Source of the DNA: a virus
Strand: one strand, 5' to 3'
IMG/VR virus record: IMGVR_UViG_3300025137_000026
Coordinates: 12,945-76,944 of that record
DNA: 64,000 nucleotides
Each line of letters opens with the position of its first letter. Positions within the stretch are counted from its first letter, which is position 1. Below, one piece after another: positions 1-10,600 of the stretch. The translations under genes were made by a program, and so were the position numbers. The notes under the pieces are model-generated. The model searched no databases. It had not been told where the DNA came from and worked only from the letters and a program-made list of their open reading frames with translations.

Positions 1-45
1 GTTGCATCTAATAACTCCGCAAAGAAAGCCGAGAAGATTCTAGAA

Positions 46-1029
46 ATGATTGAGGCTGATGACTTCTTTAAGAATTATGATAAGGATTTCTTGAGTAAGA
101 ATGGTGTTAAGCCCTACCCCAAGCCCAAGCCCACAGTTACAGGTATGGGTGGAGCAGGAGTCAAAGAATATGTGGAATGGAAACAAGGATTCGATAAGCA
201 CATTGATGCTGAGGTTGCATCAAAGACGAAGACGTTTATTGGGAGGACTAGAAAGCTTCTTGATAAAGCTAGGGGAAATAAATTACTTAAAACCTTAGGT
301 CTTATTGGAGTTGGTGCAGAAGTTATAAGTATTGGTAAGGATGCATTTCAGGCTCTTGGCTTTTATGTCCCTGACGAACTCAAGGCCGCCCAGCACGAAC
401 TTTACAAGTTACAGCAATTTCAGAAATCTAATGAGGAGAAAAGCAAGGCACTTGGGGAAATGCTCATTGAGGCTTCCGAGGATGATAATTCTACGGAGGT
501 TGATAGCAATGCTACCCAAGTTGATGTTAACTCAGGGGCTAACTTAATTAAACCCGAAGTAAATGCTACTGCACCTATGGTTGAATCCAATGCTACAGCA
601 CCCATGCCCGAAGCTAATGCTACTGCACCTATGGTTGAATCCAATGCTACAGCACCCATGCCCGAAGCTAATGCTACTGCACCTATGGTTGAAGCCAATG
701 CTACAGCACCAAGTGCTAGTGTAATTAAGCCTGAGCAACCAATTGCACCTACTTCTATGCCATCGAGAGATAATGCTTCCGATCAACCGCAACCCGACAT
801 AGTTACTTCACAGATGTCTACGATGCTTGGTCAGCAGTTTGATTCTAATAAGATTAGAATTAATGATTTTAAGAGCAATGGTAGAGATTATGGATTTGGA
901 TATTTTGATGAGTCTGGTAGTTCCTACTATACTGGTATGGTTTCTCCCGATGGAAAAATTATTAGTCTCAAGAGGATTCCGATTGATGAGTACGGTAGAC
1001 CTAGTTCAGAGCATGAGAAATTGTTATGA
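46..1029 (+). CDS. Hypothetical virion/injected-type protein with NATAPM(V/P)E repeats (may extend 5' of the window)
   Basis: 327-aa ORF; reading frame is also open from position 1; six 9-aa repeats; co-oriented with and upstream of the giant gene. Confidence 0.6.
   Translation: MIEADDFFKNYDKDFLSKNGVKPYPKPKPTVTGMGGAGVKEYVEWKQGFDKHIDAEVASKTKTFIGRTRKLLDKARGNKLLKTLGLIGVGAEVISIGKDAFQALGFYVPDELKAAQHELYKLQQFQKSNEEKSKALGEMLIEASEDDNSTEVDSNATQVDVNSGANLIKPEVNATAPMVESNATAPMPEANATAPMVESNATAPMPEANATAPMVEANATAPSASVIKPEQPIAPTSMPSRDNASDQPQPDIVTSQMSTMLGQQFDSNKIRINDFKSNGRDYGFGYFDESGSSYYTGMVSPDGKIISLKRIPIDEYGRPSSEHEKLL
562..711 (+). repeat. Coding tandem repeat, 27-bp unit x6 (alternating variants, 54-bp period)
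   Basis: aatgctact/agcacct/catg... recurs at 562, 589, 616, 643, 670, 697. Confidence 0.9.
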
Positions 1030-1649
1030 ATGAAGCCGGAGGCATGTCCTTTGAGGACTATATGAGTAAGCGCCCAGTTTCTGTTGATTCAGAATCGAAC
1101 GCTACAGAAGAGATTGACTATAAGCAATTAGGAGAGCAAATGGTGCAATCTGCTAATGAGCGTTTAGCTCTTCTGGAAGAGCCTCTTACTACTGCTACTG
1201 AGGTATCACAAGAGCAAGGTGCTGAAAGCTTATCCAATAACATGGACACTTTATTTGGTTCAGGTATAAGCGGAATGGGTGCTACAGCACTTGGTGCTAA
1301 TCCAGTAGGGGTGACAATGGCAAGCCTTGCTTATCCAATGCATAAGACTGGGACTCAAGTTATGGAAGAAGAAGGTATACCTCGATCTAGACCATACGAT
1401 GAAAGCATAGATGGTATACCGTTAAATGACGTCGGTATTCCAATTGATATTGGGCGTCCAGTTAAGGCATTTAATGACATGATTAGACCAACTGCTATTG
1501 GGACAATAGAAACCATGAAGGGGTTGGGAGAAATGGTAATGCCAGAAGGCTCACCAGATACTTTTAATTCATCTGCTGAAAGAGAGGATTATTATAGATC
1601 AGATTCAGCATCAACATCACCGTCAGAATTAATTAGGTCTAAAAACTGA
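1026..1649 (+). CDS. Hypothetical protein (acidic, Gly-rich hydrophobic segment; possible ejection protein)
   Basis: 207-aa ORF, ATGA overlap with upstream stop. Confidence 0.6.
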   Translation: MNEAGGMSFEDYMSKRPVSVDSESNATEEIDYKQLGEQMVQSANERLALLEEPLTTATEVSQEQGAESLSNNMDTLFGSGISGMGATALGANPVGVTMASLAYPMHKTGTQVMEEEGIPRSRPYDESIDGIPLNDVGIPIDIGRPVKAFNDMIRPTAIGTIETMKGLGEMVMPEGSPDTFNSSAEREDYYRSDSASTSPSELIRSKN

Positions 1650-1688
1650 TAATCTTTACAACCTAAATATTTAGGTTACAATGTAACT

Positions 1689-4600
1689 ATGCCAAGTGTA
1701 GCCGTATCTAGTTATAGGGAGTTCTTAAGGAATAATGGACAGGTTGATAAAGCTGATAATTATTCTGATGGTGACTTAGCTTTAGAGCTTAAGCAACAGA
1801 TTGAGCAAAGAGGTTGGAACATAGAGGAGTTTGCAGCAGGTCGTGGTGACACCGAGCTTGTTCCTTTAATCAAGGAAGCCTATGGCGCAAATAAGACATA
1901 CTCAGGTATTCTAGATGCCCCTGCACAGCAGTACTACACAAAGAAGCAAGGCTTCAAACAGGGTGCAGCAGCTGGATTAGGTGCTATCGGGATGGATGAA
2001 ACTGAGCGTGACTTAATGAGGTCTGCTCAGAGGGATGCTAGAAAGGGAGCTAGGGCTGGAAGAGAGATATTCGATGATTACACATTGATCGATAGTTTTG
2101 AAGACTTACTTAAGTATGTCGGGCAAGGTGCTACTAGGTCTATTGTAGACATCGTTCCTTCTATGGTAACTGCCGTTGCGGGTAGGGGGGTAGGTTCAAA
2201 AATTCAAAAGACTTTAGAGAAGACGGATAAACTTTCAGACCTTAAAAAGAAAGCCGAGAAATATCTTGGTGAAGACTACGGAGCAAAGGCTGGAATGGGA
2301 GCAGGGGCATTGGGTTCTTCAGCATTGGAGAATACGGGTCATGTTTACGGTGACCTTTATGAGTACACCAAACTTGACCCGACAGATAAAGACTACTTGT
2401 CTCCGGCTGAGGCAAGAGCGTTATCAATGTTTGCAGGTGGTGTATCAGGCGCACTTGATTCGGCATTACCAGTATTCCTTTTAGGGAAACTAAGTAAGTC
2501 AATCGGCAAAGATGCAGCTCAACAAGAGGTGGGTAAGTTATTTAAGTCATTACCAGATGGTATGGTATTTCTTGCACAAGGTGCAGGTGGTGAGGGTATA
2601 ACTGAGGCACTACAAGAGGTGGTGCAGATGGCTACCGTTAAGTACCACACTGGAGAAGAGTGGAATCAGAAGGACTGGGAAAGGATGATCAATGGTGGTC
2701 TTCTTGGTGCAATTGGTGGTGGAACGGTTACAGCTGCGACTGGTGGGGTGGCAAGATTACTCCAGCCTGGGCAACCGAATGAGGATGCAGAACTTTCAGA
2801 TGCACCACTTGAGCAGAGTACTCAAGAGCGAATTGATATTCGCAATAGGTTCGAGGAGAAGAAGCTCAATAAGTTAACTGAAGAGGGATTAGGTACTTTA
2901 GTCACACAGCGTGGATCGAAGCGATCTGCCCGAGTTCTTTCTGTAGATAATAAGGCTAAGGTTGCTGTCGTTGAATATGCCAATGGTAACACTGAGAAGA
3001 TTAATGTAACTGAGCTTACTATATTAGAGGGTAAGACTAAGTTAATTAAGCCCGAGGATTTAAAGGCTATGTCCGATGAAAGGCTTGAGGACTTGAAAGC
3101 TCTAAAGCCAGCAATGGTTCAGGACATTGAAGCTGAGCAAGAGTCTAGGAAAGAAGAGGTTGATGACGATACTATCCAAACACAGACCACACAGCTTGAA
3201 GTCAAAGCAACTAAAGATGGTCAGCTTATAGTAAATGATTTATCTAGTCGTGAGCGTGTATACTCTGCAACTTTTCGGGAAGAGGATGGAGTTCTTTATA
3301 TCGAGAACGAGGCTGTAGATGCCCCTACTGACCAACGTAAGCAACAATCTCAAGACATACTTTATAGGCAAGCTAGGAAGAAGGCTCAGGATGAAGGGCT
3401 TATTTTAAGCTTGGGTGGCAAGGTTGAGTTCCCTGTCCCAAGTTTTGATGCAATGGACTTTGGTGATATGTATACCGAATTTGCTAAAGCTATTCAGGTT
3501 ATCAATTCTCTTGAAGATGGAAGTGATGCACAGAATGCTGTAGTAGATGCATACAGACCATTAATGCAGAGAATGCATACTGAAGGCTTGCTTGAGACTG
3601 ATGGCGGGGCATCGCATCGAATGCTTGATAGCGTTGAGACAAAGAAGAATAACAGTGCTTTTCTAAAGAATAATCCTGTGCTTGCAAGGACTCTAGGACA
3701 TCAGATTTTTACTGATATTGAAGCGGAAATAGAAAACTATGTTGATACACTTTCGCAGGAGCAAATAAACGAGGGTCAAATACAGAAGGATGCAAAAGCA
3801 ATTGCTGATTTATATGTTGAGGAAATAGATGGGCTAAGTACTACTGATGCCCTTACTCTTGCAAGGGCTGCTACTAAGAAATTTGCCGAGCAACATCTTC
3901 AGGATGGTCAGTGGAAGACCGAGACTAATTTTGATATACAGACGAGAGAGGATGAGAAGAAGGCAGAGGAGAATAAAAGACTTCAGACTGCTAAAGATAA
4001 CTTTGATGAACATGAGCCTGAGGTTGGTAAGTTTGTACGACTAGATAAGGATGATAAAACTAAGTTCGTCCGAATTACCTCAGTGGATCCTGATACTAAT
4101 TCTTTTAAGACTGAGGAGACTGGAGACAATTCTGTTTCTGCCTCAGCGATCATCAAGATTGATACGAGAAGGGGGTTAAGGATCGGAGATTTTAATGCCA
4201 TCCAAAAACAGGATGGTAGCATAACTACAAAGCTGACCGTATATGGTAATGATACTGAGAACAAAAAGGGTAGACAGGGAGTTGAGCTTTCAGTCACTGA
4301 GGATGGTAAGGTTACTCATGTCAAGTATGGCGAGAAGACTATTGCTATTGATGAGGACAAGAACCTCACCTTGGAATCTGATAATTTAAAGTCTGAGATT
4401 GGGAATCTTGTACTCGAAGAAAAGAAAGTAAAAACTCCAAGAACCAAGACAATATTTATTGCTCCAGGTATTGCTAAGAAGGGTGACAAGATTCTCATAA
4501 AGCCAATTAAGATAGCAAAATCTAACGGAGCAAAGGGTGGTTTTGAAGTAAAGCCATTGCTTGATACCAATGGAGAGGTGGAGGGCTTCACTGAGGGTGA

Positions 4601-7600
4601 GGATGTATTTGCATTTGATAAGCCAGTACAGCCATCTGAGTGGATAGAAGCTGCACGTTCAAAGCTAGCAGGGGAGGGCAAATTCAAGACTATTCCCACT
4701 CTTACAGCGGAGGAAAAGAAAGCAAGGGCAGAGGCAGAAGCAAATCCTAGTAATGTTCTTTCTTTCTTTAGTCGGCAGAAGAAGAAGTTAATTCCTTCTA
4801 CGGAAATAATTGAAATCCCTGAGGGTGGTATCAAGGATTTTGATACTGCAAATAAGTTTATCAATAGCATTGATCTTGGAAAATCAGGTTCCACAACATC
4901 CAAAAAAGCTTTAGTACTTAGGTATTTCAAGGAAGGTGAAACTGAGAATCCGGTCTACCTTGTGAGAACTATAACTGCCCCCACCGATGCAGATGGTAAT
5001 AAGGGTAGAACAATAGTAGGGATGACCACTCATGCTAGTGGCAAGAATAAGAGTAAAAGGAAGATAACACCCTTAAGTTCTACGAAAGGTGGACTTGATT
5101 TAACAGATGAGAACTTCCAGGAACACTTCGATGATGATACCGATCTAGCTAGGCTTGAGATAGTAGAACTCCTTTCCTTCAGTGAGGAAGCCCGAGTGGA
5201 AGCAAACTTTGAATCCGAAGAAGCTTACAAGCAAGCCATAGAGCAGACAACTGATTACGAATTTATCCGATCCAAGACTACCAAAGAGGTACAAGACTTC
5301 GTTAAACAGGGTAGTGACCGAGCAAAGCGAATTGAGTCATTGGTCATGGACGGAGATAAGTTCAATCCATTACTGAATATTTATGGCCCTGACATTAATG
5401 CTGGAGTATTAAGCGACCTCAAGAAGGATATAAAGGATAGAGCTAGTAAGTCATCCGATAAGGATATAAAGGAGCTTGGTAAGAAGATTTCAAAATCTGA
5501 GCAAATCAGAATCGTTGACTTAGATGCTTTTATTACCCACATACAAGTAGGTGATAAAGGTGAAGTTACCCATGGGTTAGATGTTCTGACTCCCAAGGAG
5601 GGATACTATAATCAAGTAAAGGAAGCCTTAGAGAATTACCGAACAAAAGATGGTAAGGTTCAGAAGAGCGAGTCTAAGAAGAAAGCTAGCGCACAAGGGG
5701 GGGCAACTAACGTAGATCAAGTTAGTGAAAGCGGTATGCAGGGAGAGTCATCCATTCAGGGTTTGAGTCCAGTAGATATTTTAGCCCTCAAGGAAAATAT
5801 AGAATCGAGAGAGAAAGATGAGGAGGAGACACCTGAAGTAGAGGAAGAAGAACCATGGCATGACCCCATGGACTTACAGCAAGATGGTAGAGTATTTTAT
5901 CCGAATGGAGATAGAGCCGAAAGCCCTGTTCATAAAGTTAATATAAATGGAAAAGATACTTATGTTACTTCGGTCATTGAGATGGATGGAAGTAAGACAT
6001 GGTATAGGTATGGGGATAAAGATGGAAACAATGGTAAAGTATATGCTCCTGCTTCTGACTATCCAGTACAGGCAGGAACCAAAAAGGAACTCATTCAAGA
6101 ATTAGAAAAGGAAGAAGCACCTGTTAAGGAATCTGATGAGCTTACAGATACAGAAAGATTATTTAAAGATGAATCTTTCAATCTTGATGGCTTAAGTAGT
6201 CCCGATTTTAAATCAAGTGATACTTCTGAGGGGTCAGCAACTAACGAAGTTAATGAAGAAGCAGTTGAATTCGCAGAGGGAATACTTACGGCAAAAGGAA
6301 TCAGTGAAGCAGATAAAGAAAGGTTAAAAGATAAAATAGCACTACATAAAGATGGTGCAGGCGTAGATGGCAATTCTCTGTACGCTACTGCCATGGATGT
6401 TTTTAATAACACTGAATCTAATAAACTGCTAGAATCAGTAGGTGAAATTGCACATACAGAAGCTGCCTTAGAGGGAGAAATCCAAAGACATATTGATGAG
6501 CCTAAGAACCCGAGGTTAAAGAAGAATCCATTATCGCAAGAACTTCAGCAAGAGAATGAACAAGCCGTCACTGGATTCCTAGATGGCATGAAGGTGGATG
6601 GTGAGCCAGTTAGGTTATCAGCACTTATTAATAGAATGATTCAAGGCATGGACGGATCAACTGAGTTGTCCGGCGCTATCCTTGATATGGCACAGACCTT
6701 ACTTGCTCATCCATTTGCAAAGAAATTAAAGGTAGAGTTTAGATCCTGGGATAACTTTAAGCATGGTATTCAGAATGATGGTAATAATGGCAAACTTACC
6801 CGAGCTTATGTTCGAGGTGATACTATTGTTATGGGGCCATCTTTTAAGTTACAAGCTGACTCCGACCTTAATGCAATGGAATCATTACAGATTACATTTA
6901 TGGAAGAGGTTGCCCACAGGGTTTTGGGTACTGCTGTAGAGGCTGGCATCCAAGCTAAGCGTAAGGGTAAGCTACCTCGAGGTGTGGCTAAGATTATGTC
7001 CCTAAAGCAAGCGACTAAGTTCTATGATGAGACTAAGGAACTCATGGACTGGTTGAGGACAAAAACCGATGGCAAATACTACCATGGACTATTGAATCAG
7101 CACGAGTTCTGGGCAAACTTTGCAACCAATCCCGAGTTTAGAAAGTTCTTGAATCAGCCTATGCCTCAACAGATGAGGCGTAAGTTTAACTCTAGGTTCG
7201 AGAGGGTAATAGATTGGATATTAGACTTAGCTAGTAAGTTATTTGATGTAGACTTTACTCTGAATCGCACAGCATCCACTGAGATTCGTAAACGCTATCG
7301 TACGCTATTACGTACAAGTGATAAGATGGCAGCTAATGATATAGACTTAATGTCACAGAGTCAGAATAAGCTTTATTACAGAGGTGACTCAGCTAACCGA
7401 ACAGACTCAAATGGATTAATAGTTTTTACGGAAAATGAGTTTGATGCACAAGGATATGCTGCTCAAGGGATGGCAGATGAGGATGCAAGTGATGTTGAGC
7501 TAGAAGAAATGGCTGATAAAGCAGAGGCTAATACTCAAGCATTCAATTTGAATGTGAAAAACACTTTGGATTTAACTAAGGGCGTAGAAGGATGGAAAGT

Positions 7601-10600
7601 ACTGCAAAGTCTTGATGATAAAGGTGACCGTAATGTTGGTAATATTCTTAATAAGGGTTGGCAGTTAAATGCAGAAAATGTATCTAATATTAGGTATACA
7701 TGGTGGAGCAATACGACATCTAGCTTCCAGGTTTTTTGGAAGGATGTTATTGTTCCCCAGCTTATCGAAAAGGGTTATGACTCAATAAAGTATAGAGATG
7801 ACAACCATGATACTATAGGAATCTTTGACGCCGAGAATGCTACAGAGATTTCACCTGAGTTACAACAGATGGAATCGGCTGGCTCTATAGATGACTCTGC
7901 TAGTGTCGCACAGGGCACTCTCCGCGCTCACATGGCATCACTCAAGGACTTTGGCTCAGTAGTTAAGGGTGCATTAGCTGACCTAGGTGAAGGGCTAGCT
8001 ATGACACCTGAGAGAATGAAGGAGTTTATAACTATTGAAGGTAGAACAACTCCTGATGTTCTTGCTAAGATACTGGGTAAAAAAGCGAAAGTACTCGCAG
8101 AAGAGGCACAACAGCAACTCGCTGAGGCAACTAGTCCAGACATAAAAGCCCTAGTAGACACAGCAGAGAACATAAACGACTTAGAGACAAGAGCCAACAA
8201 AGACACAGGCGCACGTAACCTATATAACTTGTTAACAGGAGCAAAGGAATCAGTCCAAAAGTTATACAGCGAAATAAAGCATAGTAAGGACACAGCCTTA
8301 AAAACCATAGAAGAGAAGAAGGCTCGTATGGAAGCAATGACTAAGCCTAAGTCTATGTTTGATGCCCAAAAGACTCAGGCAGTATTTGCAAATTACTTCA
8401 AGAAGGCACTTTTCAATAAAACAGAAAAAGGTGAGTACTCTAATGCCCAAGCCTTTGAGGTTGCAATGGGACTGAAGCCTACACCTATTACACTCCTTAG
8501 GGAACTTAAGATAAGCGAGCAGAAGTTATATGAGTTGATGGACAGACTAGCAGAGGCACAAGATGCCAAGGACTTTCTTGAGTTAAAGACAGCTAAAGAG
8601 ATATTCGACCTAATGGATATCAAGGCAGCAGATGTTGGGATAAAGAACCCCGACCTCGACCAAGCTGTTCAAGCTGCAATAGCACTCATGCTAGGTAGTG
8701 ATCAGAAGAATGATGTACCACGTAGTGCATTTACCGTTCGTATGAGGTTAGCCCCAGGGCGAATTGCTGGAACTTCAGTAGAAGAAGCTGTCCAACTTAT
8801 TAAAGCTGCATCCATGGGGCGTCCAACACCTGATGTTAAGGACAAGTCAATGATGTCTATCCTTAAGAATGTTCGTAAGTTGAGAGAGGAGATAGACTCC
8901 ATAGAGGATGACTTAAAGAAAACACTAGAGGAGGAGAAGGTAGCTGAGAAGTTTATAGAAGCTTACAATGACCGGATTGATGACCTAGATGAGTATTTTG
9001 ATAGTACTGCGCCAGTTGAAATACATGAGGGAGCTAAGTACGAGATTCTAAGAATGGATGGAAGTGGCAAGATGATCAGTGAGATGCTTACCTTTTCTTT
9101 AGGTAAAGGGGAAAGCTCTAATGAAGCCAAGATGATGGCAGCCCGAGCTTCTGAGTTATTTAAGATAATGGATACTCAGGAGTATAAGGATCAGTATGAA
9201 GGTAAAGCCAAGGATCGTTACTTCAAGCAACTTGCTAAGGAATTAAGAAAACCTAACTTTGGAATCCAATACACTTCTTCACATGCTGGATTCTTACACG
9301 CAGCTGCATCTGCACTACAAGAGAGATTTGCTAGGCTTGGCCCTCCAGGTAAAGCTATTGCCACGGTGCTAAATGAATACACTCGAGATTACCAATCAGA
9401 AGCAGGTAAAATATTTGGTCAGGGCAGGAGGGTTTCTCAGGCAATGCAAAGACTGCATCGTGAGATGTCTGCTAGTCACGAGAACTTAAATCAATTCATG
9501 AAGGGTTTTGGATCGAAGTTGTTTGATTGGTTCAATGAACGACCCGACCTACAAGGACAAGAAGAGTTAGCTATCAATAAGGTATGGAAGGAGCTTAAGG
9601 AATTAGACCCAACTAGGGAGTATACTGAGGATGGAAGAAAAGCTCTTCGTGCATACCTTAAGCAATGGAGTATACAAAATGAGAACTTTCAAAGGCTCTA
9701 TAAAAAGTACGATATTTCGGTCTTAGATGAAGATGTTGAAAGAGAAAGATTAGCAGGTGGTACTCCAGATGCACTCTATCGTAGATTTGTTGACCAAGGT
9801 GTATTCACAACACCTAGAAGGTTGAACATGGATAAGATAGGTGCAGTTGTTAAACTACTTAAAGTTGATGTAGCAGATAACTTCCAGTTTGAGTCATCCT
9901 TATTTGAGGAAATCTTTGAGGGTATGGGAGAGGCTGAGCAAGAAGGGTCTGATGCGACTGAGAGTTTTACCCAGTCAATGGGCAAGCTAATCGATACGGA
10001 GCTTTCAAATTTATTCTTCAAGCCTTTATTTATGGGCAAGTCAGCCCACACTACACCCTTTAGCCTGACAGCAGACAAGGATGAAGGTAAGAGTGTGCGT
10101 ATACTCCTCCCTGAGGAGCTAGAAAGGGCTTGGAGGAATGCCGAAGGTAAGAACCCTGGTATTAGGGTTGCCAATGCCATACTAAACCTTACTAAAAATC
10201 TACCTGATGCAGACCAAACCACTCTTAAGAGTTTACTTGGTCAATTCGCACATCGTGCAAACGCACTTATAAGTGCAGAGCAAGAAGCTCGTGATGAGCT
10301 AAGGGATATTAGTGAGGAAGTCAGTGGACTAACCACAATGATGCAAGGCTCAAGAATGCACTCCTCGATTCACTCTCGTACATTATATAATATCCTCCCT
10401 GGGGAGTTCTTTGAATATGAGATGTATGATGAGACTTCTTCTGGTCAGTACCTTTCCAAGATTATGATGACTGCCAAGTTTGGTAGAAACGGAGAGAAGA
10501 TTACAGGGAACTATCAAGCAATCCTAGATAACTACAGTGGGTCTTATCGCAAGTATCGAGCCTACATGGGTGAACTTGGTATCCAGCCTAGAGAAGGAGC

